From NCBI GenBank assembly GCA_900548075.1, contig URJD01000001.1, forward strand, positions 1 to 49,132: a stretch of 49,132 nt of DNA, written 5' to 3'. A program made the translations under genes and the position numbers. Of this stretch, positions 1 to 11,534 are shown in pieces; positions within the stretch are counted from its first letter, which is position 1; the number at the start of each line of letters is the position of its first letter. Below the pieces are notes generated by a model that made no database searches, was not told where the DNA came from, and saw nothing but the letters and a program-made list of their open reading frames with translations. Source of the DNA: an uncultured Collinsella sp. GTDB lineage: Bacteria > Actinomycetota > Coriobacteriia > Coriobacteriales > Coriobacteriaceae.

Positions 1-50
1 CGCAGACGCTCAAGCAGGAATACCTCGATACATACGAGGGAGGTGAATGA
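1..50 (+). CDS. 3' end of an upstream ORF (partial, ...QTLKQEYLDTYEGGE*)
   Basis: Frame 3 is open from the window edge to TGA at 48-50, immediately before the next ATG at 52. Confidence 0.45.
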   Translation, partial: QTLKQEYLDTYEGGE

Positions 51-51
51 C

Positions 52-477
52 ATGAAGACCGGCTCCGCCAAAATACCCATTGCGCTGGCGTTATTGGTCG
101 CGATAGCCGCAATCGTAGTCTCTGCCGTATCCATAAAAGATGCGAACACCTTGAAACATGGCATTTCCGAAGGGTTCCGCCTAGACGGAGTGTACCGAGA
201 CCACGAGACCGGCTTAACCCAGCTCTCCTTCCTTGGGGAAGACGAAAACAGGTGGCAAATCGTCGACAGCAATGGAAATGTGACCGACGGTTCATTTGAG
301 ACAACCGGCGATCCGAACATCTTCATGTTGGCCGACCAATCAGGAGATGATTACGGATTTGTCCACCTGGCTTACGCCTCCGCAGACGGAAACCAAGGAA
401 GCCTTTATTTGAACACCGGAACGTCGGTGCTCGAATTTGACAAGGTAACCAGCGGCCCGGCTTTCATCGAGTCGTAA
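52..477 (+). CDS. Hypothetical protein with N-terminal membrane anchor/signal peptide
   Basis: GAGGGAGG RBS before ATG 52; hydrophobic IPIALALLVAIAAIVVSAVSI followed by an acidic, probably beta-rich domain. Confidence 0.7.
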   Translation: MKTGSAKIPIALALLVAIAAIVVSAVSIKDANTLKHGISEGFRLDGVYRDHETGLTQLSFLGEDENRWQIVDSNGNVTDGSFETTGDPNIFMLADQSGDDYGFVHLAYASADGNQGSLYLNTGTSVLEFDKVTSGPAFIES

Positions 478-496
478 ATGCAAATCGAGCGTCATG

Positions 497-535
497 GGGG
501 AGGAGGGGACTGGCCTTGCCAGTCCCCTCCTCCCC
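497..535. terminator. Perfect 18-bp hairpin, probable terminator
   Basis: ggggaggaggggactggc-ctt-gccagtcccctcctcccc, 20 nt downstream of the ORF stop. Confidence 0.6.
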
Positions 536-555
536 TTACGGTCAAACGTCCAGTT

Positions 556-600
556 CGTTAAATCATGACCACCCGCTATGCGGGTGGTCATGATTTAACG
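556..600. repeat. Perfect 21-bp inverted repeat (IS200/IS605- or REP-like hairpin)
   Basis: cgttaaatcatgaccacccgc-tat-gcgggtggtcatgatttaacg. Confidence 0.7.
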
Positions 601-727
601 ATGTCAACTGAACCTGATTCAGTTTGGTTGATTTCCGATCCCAGCCGAATGTATTGAGCGGATAGGCCGTTTCCGCAGTCAGTCGAACGCCCCCGGGGCC
701 CTCCCGGGCCCCGGGGGCGGCATTTTC

Positions 728-949
728 TCAGTCGAAGGAACGGTGGAGATGCGTTTTGCACCACGCGGCTGCGGCACTTGAGCTCGCGTCGGTGCGCTCC
801 TGCACGTTGTCGGTACGCAACCCGACGTGGTGCTCGTAGGGGAAGTCCGAGTAGGCCAGGGCCTCGGCCTCGGTTCCTTCCAGCACCTCGGCGGCCTTGG
901 GGCGGAAACCCTCGATCCGCCTGATGGCGAGCTGGCAGAGCCCGCGCAT
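728..949 (-). pseudogene. IS256-family transposase C-terminal remnant (frameshifted)
   Basis: PKAAEVLEGTEAEALAYSDFPYEHHVGLRTDNVQERT, then after a 1-nt shift RELKCRSRVVQ; matches the IS256 catalytic-Glu region (RTNNxxERxNREIKRRSRVV). Confidence 0.8.
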
Positions 950-1098
950 GCGTTTGTTAACGTCGAAATTGCGGGTTTGGTCACATCGGGTCTCCGGGCT
1001 TGAGCACGTAAAAATTAAAACAAATTTGCATTCAAGTTATTATTTACAGTCGTTTTAAGACGGAGTGGAATGCGGGCGCACAAGGAGATGCGGAATCG

Positions 1099-1722
1099 AT
1101 GAGAGTCTCAAAAAATACTGCAGTGTTATCATCCTTCATCCTCTCTATTCTTCCATTTCTCATCCTATGGGCGGCTTGGTCGGCCCTCCCCGATACAATT
1201 CCAGCTCATTGGAGTGGGGGCGTGGTTGATCGATGGGGAAATAAGTTTGAATTGCTGGTTGTTCCGCTGCTTTCTCTGATCGGTTCTATTGCAATTTCTG
1301 TGTACCTTATTGTTTCCACGCGGCGAAGGGAGTTCGCGGATTTCTCCGTTCGAATGCGACGGAACTTTCTTGCGTGCTATATTTCTGGCCTTCTTTTATC
1401 GACGACCTGTTCAGTGATAACTGCCGTGTGGGTCCAGTTGATTCTTACGCAAAACACTGCAGTTGATGGAGGGGTTGGACTATCGATCCCGTATTCCCTT
1501 CCCGGGCTATATGTGATTTTGTGCGCTTTGCCGCCTTTTCATGCGAGCGGCGGGAGCAAAAAGGCAGAGCGCCTGATAACAGTGCTCATTGGCGGCGCGG
1601 AGATTGTTCTTTGTGGAATAGTGCTTGAAGGTTCGGCTGCCTCTTATGCGATGATTGGGCTGATGATTCTGTTCTGTGCGTTTGGGATTGTGTCACAGGT
1701 TAGGGATAGCCAGTCCTTATGA
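1099..1722 (+). CDS. DUF1648/SdpI-like integral membrane protein
   Basis: LPDTIPAHWSGGVVDRWGNK motif typical of DUF1648; about 6 TM segments; AAGGAG RBS; visibly AT-richer than the backbone. Confidence 0.75.
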   Translation: MRVSKNTAVLSSFILSILPFLILWAAWSALPDTIPAHWSGGVVDRWGNKFELLVVPLLSLIGSIAISVYLIVSTRRREFADFSVRMRRNFLACYISGLLLSTTCSVITAVWVQLILTQNTAVDGGVGLSIPYSLPGLYVILCALPPFHASGGSKKAERLITVLIGGAEIVLCGIVLEGSAASYAMIGLMILFCAFGIVSQVRDSQSL

Positions 1723-1853
1723 GTTGAATTACTCGTGCGGACATCTGAGAAGATATGTAGGCGCCCGCTCTCGGGGGCTGGTGCCTGGGCTCGCCCCCAC
1801 AATTGCCGATGAGACGTGCAATCGCTCCTGAGGCCCTGAGACGGAGGTTGCCA

Positions 1854-1952
1854 ATGAGGGATATCGAGACATCTCGCCTGCTGCTGCGGGCGTGGCGCGT
1901 GAACGATGCCGCAGAGGCAGCGTCGGTCTTCCGATACGCGTCAGATCCTTAA
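1854..1952 (+). pseudogene. Truncated RimJ/RimL-type GNAT acetyltransferase fragment (32 aa)
   Basis: GGAGG RBS; MRDIETSRLLLRAWRVNDAAEAASVFRYASDP* matches the ETxRLxLRxW...YASDP start of this family. Confidence 0.65.
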
Positions 1953-2032
1953 GGGCCAGCCCGTGTTGTGCCGAAAAGACCGTGAACCTTTTGTGGGACA
2001 CGCGGCGCCGTGGTACCATAGCCGAGTTTGTT

Positions 2033-2081
2033 GTCTTGGTCGGAAACCAAGACGCCTTATGCGCTGATCGGTAACCAGCGC
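2033..2081 (+). ncRNA. Putative L31 ribosomal-protein leader (two tandem hairpins)
   Basis: gtcttggt-cggaa-accaagac and gcgctg-atcggtaac-cagcgc share a TCGG(A/T)AAC apex and lie just 5' of the rpmE RBS; L31 leader motifs are described for Coriobacteria. Confidence 0.55.
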
Positions 2082-2103
2082 CTGACCAATAAGGAGTCCT
2101 ACC

Positions 2104-2529
2104 ATGAAGCAGGGTATCCATCCCCAGTATGTCGAGTGCACGGTGACGTGCTCCTGCGGCAACACCTTCAAGACGCACGCTACCGTGTCCGAGATGAAGG
2201 TCGAGCTTTGCAACGAGTGCCACCCGTTCTACACCGGCCAGCAGAAGTTCGTCGACACCGGTGGACGCGTCCAGCGCTTCGCCGACAAGTTCGGTGGCGC
2301 CGCTGCCGCCCAGCTCAAGAAGGCCGAGGAGGCCAAGGCTGCCAAGGCCGCCAAGGCTGCTGAGGCCGAGGCCGCTCGCAAGGCCGCCGCTGAGGCTAAG
2401 GCTGCCGAGAAGGCTAAGCGTGCCGCTAAGTTTGCCGAGGAGGCTGCCAAGCAGGCCGCCGAGGCTCCCGCAGAGGCTCCCGTCGAGGAGGCTGCTGCCG
2501 AGGCCGAGACCACCGAGGCTGCTGAGTAA
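2104..2529 (+). CDS. rpmE: 50S ribosomal protein L31 (Zn-binding type) with Ala/Lys/Glu-rich C-terminal tail
   Basis: MKQGIHPQY...CSCG...[10 protein letters not shown]...GRVQRF. Confidence 0.97.
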   Translation: MKQGIHPQYVECTVTCSCGNTFKTHATVSEMKVELCNECHPFYTGQQKFVDTGGRVQRFADKFGGAAAAQLKKAEEAKAAKAAKAAEAEAARKAAAEAKAAEKAKRAAKFAEEAAKQAAEAPAEAPVEEAAAEAETTEAAE

Positions 2530-2565
2530 ATAGCTCGCCGAGGACACACTCGCATTCATGGCATG

Positions 2566-2600
2566 AGGGCCGCGCATCCGGTTGGGTGCGCGGCCCTTTT
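2566..2600 (+). terminator. Rho-independent terminator after rpmE
   Basis: agggccgcgcatcc...gggtgcgcggccct followed by a T run. Confidence 0.75.
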
Positions 2601-2606
2601 CCTTTA

Positions 2607-2740
2607 TTGGTGCAAACGAACCTGTCTCCATGGCACCAGATTGGTACGAAGGGGACGGATTGGTTTGCGCCAAATGGCAGAGAGACAGCATTTTCCCAGA
2701 TAAAAGCTGTCAAATTAAACCAGTCCCTTTTCGGCAGGTT
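2607..2740. repeat. REP-like palindromic cluster (GTCCC core)
   Basis: ttggtgcaaacgaacctgtctcc...ggggacggattggtttgcgccaa plus aaaccagtcccttttcggcagg; related copies at 14820 and 31434. Confidence 0.6.
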
Positions 2741-2869
2741 GGTCGTAGTTATTACGTGGCGGTCGAGGTCGACCGTATAGGCCGCGCCTTGTTTGGCTAA
2801 AGTACAATCATCTGTGTTTAACTCGCCCGCAGCTGCACGGCGTGGGCGATGGCCAAAAAGGAAAACCAC

Positions 2870-5676
<2,807 letters not shown>

Positions 5677-5677
<1 letters not shown>

Positions 5678-6825
5678 TGGCTGAGGCTTTAGAGGTAACG
5701 CCCGCCGAGCTGGACGCGTTTGCGGACCGGCTCGGCGAGGTCGAGTCGTATCTCCACTTGGACGAAAAGCGCACGCGCGTGACCGAGCTCGAGGCCAAAA
5801 GCGTGGCCCCCGGCTTTTGGGATGACGCCGACGCCGCCCGTGCCACCATGGAGGAAATCGCGCGCACCAAGGAAGATATCGCTGCCGTGGACAACGCGCG
5901 CGGCGAGCTTTCCGATGCCCGCGCCGCGCTGGAGCTTGCCGAGGAGATGGGGGATGACCCCGATGCCGCCGCCCTTCGCGAGGAGGCTACAGCCACGGCT
6001 GAGCGTCTGGCCCGTGCCATCGATGAGCTTGAGCTTTCGAGCTGGTTTACCGGTGAGTTCGATCACGGCGATGCCATTGTGACCATCAAGCCCGGACAGG
6101 GTGGTCTGGAGGCCCAGGACTGGACCTTCATGCTCTTTAAGATGTACATGAAGTACTGCCAGCGTCGCGGCTGGAAGGTCACGATTAACGACTGCCCCGC
6201 TGCTGAGGTCATCGGCATCGACCGCGCGACCTTTACCGTCGAGGGCAAGGACGCATTTGGCATGCTGCGCGCCGAGGCCGGCGTCCACCGCTTGGTTCGC
6301 ATTAGCCCCACCGACGACAAGAAGCGCCGCCAGACCACGTTTGCCGGCGTCGAGGTCATCCCCGTGCTACCCGATGATATCGACATCGAAATCAGTCCCG
6401 ATGACATCCGCGTGGACGTGTACCACGCGAGCGGCCCGGGCGGTCAGGGCGTTAACACCACCGACTCCGCCGTGCGCGTGACGCATTTCCCCAGCGGCAT
6501 TGTGGTCACCTGCCAAAACGAGCGCAGCCAGATCCAGAACAAGGCCGCGTGCATGCAGATCCTCAAGGCTCGCCTGTACGAGATTGAGCTCGAGAAGCGC
6601 GCCGAGGCCCTGGATGAGATCCGCGGGCCCAAGACCACGATTGGTTTTGGCAACCAGATCCGCAGCTACGTGCTCTACCCGTATCAGATGGTTAAGGACC
6701 TACGCACGGGCGTTGAGACCAGCAACGTCGAGGCAGTTCTTGACGATGGCGACCTGGACCCGTTTGTTATTGGCTACCATCGCTGGGCCACTGGCAACGC
6801 TGACGCAGAGATCCCATCTGCATAA
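5677..6825 (+). CDS. prfB: Peptide chain release factor 2 (no programmed frameshift; SPT variant motif)
   Basis: GVHRLVRISPT, GPGGQGVNTTDSAVR, FGNQIRSYVLYPYQMVKDLRT; TAATG overlap with secA. Confidence 0.97.
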
Positions 6826-6847
6826 ACCGCCTGGTTTATGTGGAAAT

Positions 6848-6912
6848 GGATAAAACCCTCCGAGCAGGGTGGTTTTGTATCCAAAGCAAACCCTGCGCAG
6901 GGGTGGTTTTTG
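6848..6912. repeat. Two degenerate tandem hairpins (aaaccct..gcaggg(g)tggtttt)
   Basis: ggataaaaccctccgagcagggtggttttgtatcc and aaaccctgcgcaggggtggtttttg. Confidence 0.5.
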
Positions 6913-6991
6913 TTCGGCGAATCGGTAGAATCGAATACAGCAAGAAGTTCGAAGCGCATCCGTTTGGGTGCGCTTTTTTGAGGGAGGTAGC

Positions 6992-7882
6992 ATGGCATAT
7001 CGTCTGGACATCAAGCGCATTCTATCGATGAACTTCTTTCACGACCTGCCCCAGATTATGTTGGGGTGCGCTCTGGCCGCTATTGCGACCGACCTGTTTT
7101 TGATTCCCAACGGCCTTGCTGCCGGTGGTGTTACGGGCCTTGCCACCATTATCCAGGCGGTCGGCGCATCGCGCGGCATATCGCTTCCCGTTGGTATTCA
7201 GACGATCGTGATGAACGCCTTGCTGTTGCTGGTCGTTATGCGCGAGGGCGGCATGTTCTACGTGGTGCAGACCGCGACGGGCTTTGTGCTGCTGGGCTTC
7301 TTTACCGATCTGTTCGCCCCGTTTGTAGCACCTCTGGCGGATGCGGACCTGATGCTCCCTGCCATGTGGGGCGGCATTATTACGGGCATCGGTTACGGCA
7401 TGGTGTTGCGCGCCGGCGCCAACACCGGCGGCTCGGACACGATTGGCCAAATCATCTCGCGTAATACCTCGCTGCCCGTGGGCTCGACCGTCATGGCGAT
7501 CGATGTTGCCGTATGCGCGCTGTCGGCTCCGGTCTTTTCAATCGAAAATGCACTATATGCAGGCCTTTCGATGGTCATTAGCGGCTACGTGATCGATGCC
7601 GTGGTCGATGGTGGCAACAAACGCCGTATGGTACTCATCATCTCGGACAAGTTCCCTGATATCGCTGCCGATATCATGTATGGCCTGGGTCGTGGTTGTA
7701 CCAAGTTTAAGGCGACTGGCATGTATTCGGGTGCCGAGAAGCCGGTGATCATGGTCATCGTGAACCGTCGAGAGCTCAATACCCTCAAGACGATCGTGCG
7801 CGAGCGCGATCCTCACGCCATTGTGACGGTCGCCGACGTTACGGAAGCTTTCGGCGAGGGATTCAAGGACATTAGCGCGTAG
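6992..7882 (+). CDS. YitT family membrane protein
   Basis: GLAAGGVTGLA, NTGGSD, C-terminal DUF2179-like GRGCT...GMYSG...DPHAIVTV..V.E..GEGF. Confidence 0.92.
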   Translation: MAYRLDIKRILSMNFFHDLPQIMLGCALAAIATDLFLIPNGLAAGGVTGLATIIQAVGASRGISLPVGIQTIVMNALLLLVVMREGGMFYVVQTATGFVLLGFFTDLFAPFVAPLADADLMLPAMWGGIITGIGYGMVLRAGANTGGSDTIGQIISRNTSLPVGSTVMAIDVAVCALSAPVFSIENALYAGLSMVISGYVIDAVVDGGNKRRMVLIISDKFPDIAADIMYGLGRGCTKFKATGMYSGAEKPVIMVIVNRRELNTLKTIVRERDPHAIVTVADVTEAFGEGFKDISA

Positions 7883-8089
7883 GGCCGACCGCGTCCCATC
7901 CAAAAGACGTTCACATTGATAAACCGTTTCATCAGCGGTTCTGCCTGCTAAATTGTTCAAATAATGATAAAAACTCTGGTAAAGCCATCAGTTTCCAGCA
8001 TAATGAATGACGTACGTGCATTGCGGCTGTGTTGGGATTACCTTCGGTGCCGTGCGCATTTTGTCTAATGAGGATGAAAGGAAGGCACA

Positions 8090-8920
8090 ATGAGCGACGA
8101 AGAGCTCAAAAAGGTTGCCAACGAGGTAAGGAAGGGCATCGTCACCGGCGTGCACGCTGCCAAGTCCGGCCATCCGGGCGGTTCGCTCGGCGCTGCCGAC
8201 ATCATGACCTATCTGTACTTTGAGGAAATGAACGTCGACCCGGCCCATCCCCGCAAGGCCGACCGCGATCGCTTTGTGCTTTCCAAGGGCCACTGTGCAC
8301 CTGGTCTGTACGCTGTGCTCGCCGAGCGTGGGTTCTTCCCCAAGGAGGATCTTGAGACGCTGCGCCACATCGGCAGCCACCTGCAGGGTCATCCCAACAT
8401 GAACGACACTCCGGGCGTTGACATGTCCACCGGTTCGCTCGGCCAGGGCATCTCCGCCGCCGTGGGCATGGCCGTTGCCGCCAAGCACTGGGGCGATACT
8501 TATCGCACGTACGCCCTGCTGGGCGATGGCGAGAGCGAGGAGGGCCAGGTCTGGGAGGCCGCCATGTTTGCCGGCAACCAGCAGCTCGACAACCTCTGTG
8601 TGATCGTCGACCACAACGGCCTGCAGATCGACGGTCCCGTCGAGGAGGTCAACGACCCCATGCCGCTCGCCGACAAGTTCCGCGCCTTTAAGTTCCACGT
8701 GGTGGAGCTTGCCGACGGCAACGATTTCGATCAGATCCGCGCCGCCTTTGCCGAGGCTCGCGCTACCAAGGGCCAGCCGACCGCCATTATCGCCGAGACC
8801 CTGAAGGGCAAGGGCGTGTCCTTTATGGAGAACCAGGTTGGTTGGCACGGCAAGGCCCCCAATGATGAACAGTTTGAGCAGGCCATGGCAGAGCTCACGG
8901 CCGCCGGAGAGGAGCTCTAG
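8090..8920 (+). CDS. Transketolase, N-terminal (TPP-binding) subunit
   Basis: GHPGGSLG, DRDRFVLSKGH, TGSLGQG, GDGESEEGQVWEA. Confidence 0.96.
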   Translation: MSDEELKKVANEVRKGIVTGVHAAKSGHPGGSLGAADIMTYLYFEEMNVDPAHPRKADRDRFVLSKGHCAPGLYAVLAERGFFPKEDLETLRHIGSHLQGHPNMNDTPGVDMSTGSLGQGISAAVGMAVAAKHWGDTYRTYALLGDGESEEGQVWEAAMFAGNQQLDNLCVIVDHNGLQIDGPVEEVNDPMPLADKFRAFKFHVVELADGNDFDQIRAAFAEARATKGQPTAIIAETLKGKGVSFMENQVGWHGKAPNDEQFEQAMAELTAAGEEL

Positions 8921-8921
8921 G

Positions 8922-9863
8922 ATGGCAGACGTCAAGAAAATCGCCACGCGCGTAAGCTACGGCGAGGCCCTCGTCGAGCTCGCCAACGAGCACGATGACT
9001 TTGTGGTCCTCGACGCCGACCTGGCCGCCGCCACGCAGACCGGTAAGTTCAAGGCGGCCTGCCCCGACCGCTTCTTCGATGTGGGCATTGCCGAGAGCAA
9101 CCTGATGGGCGTCGCCGCCGGTATCGCGACCACCGGTCGTGTTGCCTTCGCGAGTACCTTTGCCATGTTCGCCGCCGGCCGCGCCTTTGAGCAGGTTCGT
9201 AACTCCATCGGCTACCCGCACCTCAACGTTAAGATCGGTGCCACGCACGCCGGTATCTCGGTGGGCGAGGATGGTGCCACGCACCAGTGCTGCGAGGATA
9301 TCGCCCTCATGCGCGTCATCCCCGGCATGACTGTGATCGTTCCTGCCGACGACGTCGAGGCCCGTGCCGTGACGCGCGCCGCCTACGAGTGCGACGGTCC
9401 GGTGTACATGCGCTTTGCCCGTTTGGCCTCGCCGGTTATCAACGACCCCGAGACCTATAAGTTCGAGTTGGGTAAGGGCATTGTCATGCGCGAGGGCGCC
9501 GATGTGACCATCATCGCCTGCGGCCTGATGGTCGGCGAGGCTCTCGAGGCCGCCGAGCAGCTCGCTGCCGAGGGCATCGACGCCGAGGTCATCAACATGC
9601 ACACCATCAAGCCCATCGATGCCGACCTGATCGTCAAGAGCGCCACCAAGACCGGCCACGTCGTGACCGTCGAGGAGCACTCTGTGATCGGTGGCCTGGG
9701 CAGCGCCGTTGCCGACGTCCTGTGCGAGCAGTGCCCGACGCCGCTCAAGAAGATCGGCGTCAACGACGCCTTCGGTGAGTCTGGCCCGGGTGCCGAGCTC
9801 TTGCACAAGTATGGCTTGGACGCCGCCAACATCGTGGCGACCACCAAGGAGTTCTTGGCATAA
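8922..9863 (+). CDS. Transketolase, C-terminal subunit
   Basis: DVGIAESN, GEDGATHQ, TVEEHSVIGGLGSAV. Confidence 0.96.
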   Translation: MADVKKIATRVSYGEALVELANEHDDFVVLDADLAAATQTGKFKAACPDRFFDVGIAESNLMGVAAGIATTGRVAFASTFAMFAAGRAFEQVRNSIGYPHLNVKIGATHAGISVGEDGATHQCCEDIALMRVIPGMTVIVPADDVEARAVTRAAYECDGPVYMRFARLASPVINDPETYKFELGKGIVMREGADVTIIACGLMVGEALEAAEQLAAEGIDAEVINMHTIKPIDADLIVKSATKTGHVVTVEEHSVIGGLGSAVADVLCEQCPTPLKKIGVNDAFGESGPGAELLHKYGLDAANIVATTKEFLA

Positions 9864-9909
9864 GGCAAGACGAGGCAAAGTATCGCGTCGACAACCGCAA
9901 ACAAGCCAG

Positions 9910-9945
9910 AACAGGGGCGTCCTCAAAGAGGGCGCCCCTGTTTTT
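9910..9945 (+). terminator. Rho-independent terminator
   Basis: aacaggggcgtcctc-aaa-gagggcgcccctgtt followed by a T tract. Confidence 0.85.
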
Positions 9946-10082
9946 GTTGAATTTAAATTAGAGTCCTGCCAAGCAAAGTTCCCATGGGGAAACGGGCCCA
10001 TCCCAACAAAGTGCAATTCAGACCCTTCCAACTTTGTATGCGCAGCATCTCAAGTTGGTGCGTCGGCCCCATAGTAGCCGCA

Positions 10083-10210
10083 GGCCGGGCGCAGGGTTAC
10101 CTCCCAAATCTTTCCGCAGCGCAGGCCGGCGTTTGTCCGCAGCTCCGCAGGAGCAGGACAAATGCCGGCCATGCGCGAGGACGATTTGGGAGGTAACCCT
10201 GCGCCCGGCC
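10083..10210. mobile_element. 128-bp MITE-like palindromic element with perfect 28-bp terminal inverted repeats
   Basis: ggccgggcgcagggttacctcccaaatc / gatttgggaggtaaccctgcgcccggcc, with an inner stem ggccggcgtttgtcc / ggacaaatgccggcc. Confidence 0.65.
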
Positions 10211-10313
10211 GGTGAGACCCAAACCCCGCCATGCTTCTTATGTGCAGCAAAGGCAATGCTGCTAAAATACAAAGCGCTCATGTAGTTTAAACGCACGACG
10301 ATAAGGAGCACCA

Positions 10314-11534
10314 GTGGGTAACCACTTCCGTACCTCCGGTGCGGGCGATGAAGCCCCCAAGACGCAGCCGAGCGTCGCGGGCAGTCGTTTCGCCACTCCG
10401 GATTCAGAGGATCAGCTGTTTAGCCCGATCCCCGCACAGCCGGCAGATCAGGCACAGCCGGCGGCAGATCCCTTTGCCTACAACCCCAACAACGATGTTG
10501 CGCTTTCCGGCACGGCTGGCTTTGAGCCCGTCCAGACGGTGACTGCCCGCGTGGCTCAGCCCCAGGCGAGCGCTGTCGCGCCGCAGCCTACCATGGCCGG
10601 CATCCCCGACCCCATGGCCCCCGCGGCTCCCGCGCCGCAGCCCGCGCAGTCCGGTCTTTTTGCCGGCATTCCCGACCCCACGCAGCCTGCGGCTCCCGTG
10701 GTCGAGCGCGATCAGGCCGCCGAGGTCGCAAGCCTCGACAGCGCGCTCAACAACCCCGACTTCACGTCGGTGTTTGCGCCCATCGACCCGCAGGCCAGCC
10801 GCAAAAAGATGGCCAAGCAGGCCGGTGTCGAGCCCGTCATCCTTATGGAGCACGTCACCAAGATCTATCCGGCGCAGCCCAACAAGCCCGCGCTTGACGA
10901 CATCAACATCGAGATCTATCCGGGCGAGTTTGTCTTTTTGGTCGGCCACTCCGGCTCGGGTAAGACCACGCTGCTGTCGACGCTCAACCGCGACGTCAAG
11001 CCCACAAGCGGTCGCATTTTGGTCGCCGGCCAGGACCTTATGAAGATCAAGAACCGCAAGGTTCCGTTCCTGCGTCGTCAGATTGGCGCCGTGTTCCAGG
11101 ACTTTAAGCTCCTGCCGCAAAAGACCGCCTACGAAAACGTGGCGTTTGCCCTGCAGTGCATCGGCAAGCCCAAGGGCGTCATCCGCAGCCAGGTGCCCGA
11201 GGTGCTGCGTCTGGTCGGTCTGGCCGACCAGATGGACTCGCTGCCCGATCAGCTTTCCGGTGGCGAGCAACAGCGCGTGGCCGTTGCCCGCGCTATGGTC
11301 AACCGTCCGCCGCTGCTTATCTGCGACGAGCCCACGGGCAACCTCGACCCGGCGATTTCGCTAGGCATCATGAAGCTGCTCGAGCGCATTAACCGCACCG
11401 GTACCACCGTGATCGTCGCTACGCACGACCGCGAGATGGTCGATAGCATGCACCGTCGCGTGATCGCCCTCGAGGGCGGCCACGTAATCCGCGACCAGGA
11501 GAGGGGAGGTTACGGCAACTATGGCACCAACTAA
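10314..11534 (+). CDS. ftsE: Cell division ATP-binding protein FtsE with long Pro/Ala/Gln-rich N-terminal extension
   Basis: GHSGSGKT, VFQDFKLL, LSGGEQQRVAVARA, DEPTGNLDP; adjacent to ftsX; AAGGAG RBS before GTG 10314. Confidence 0.95.
   Translation: MGNHFRTSGAGDEAPKTQPSVAGSRFATPDSEDQLFSPIPAQPADQAQPAADPFAYNPNNDVALSGTAGFEPVQTVTARVAQPQASAVAPQPTMAGIPDPMAPAAPAPQPAQSGLFAGIPDPTQPAAPVVERDQAAEVASLDSALNNPDFTSVFAPIDPQASRKKMAKQAGVEPVILMEHVTKIYPAQPNKPALDDINIEIYPGEFVFLVGHSGSGKTTLLSTLNRDVKPTSGRILVAGQDLMKIKNRKVPFLRRQIGAVFQDFKLLPQKTAYENVAFALQCIGKPKGVIRSQVPEVLRLVGLADQMDSLPDQLSGGEQQRVAVARAMVNRPPLLICDEPTGNLDPAISLGIMKLLERINRTGTTVIVATHDREMVDSMHRRVIALEGGHVIRDQERGGYGNYGTN

Noticed and set aside
7917..7934. LacI-type operator (tgataaaccgtttcatca) before the transketolase genes
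   Set aside because: Imperfect single palindrome with no regulator nearby; insufficient support
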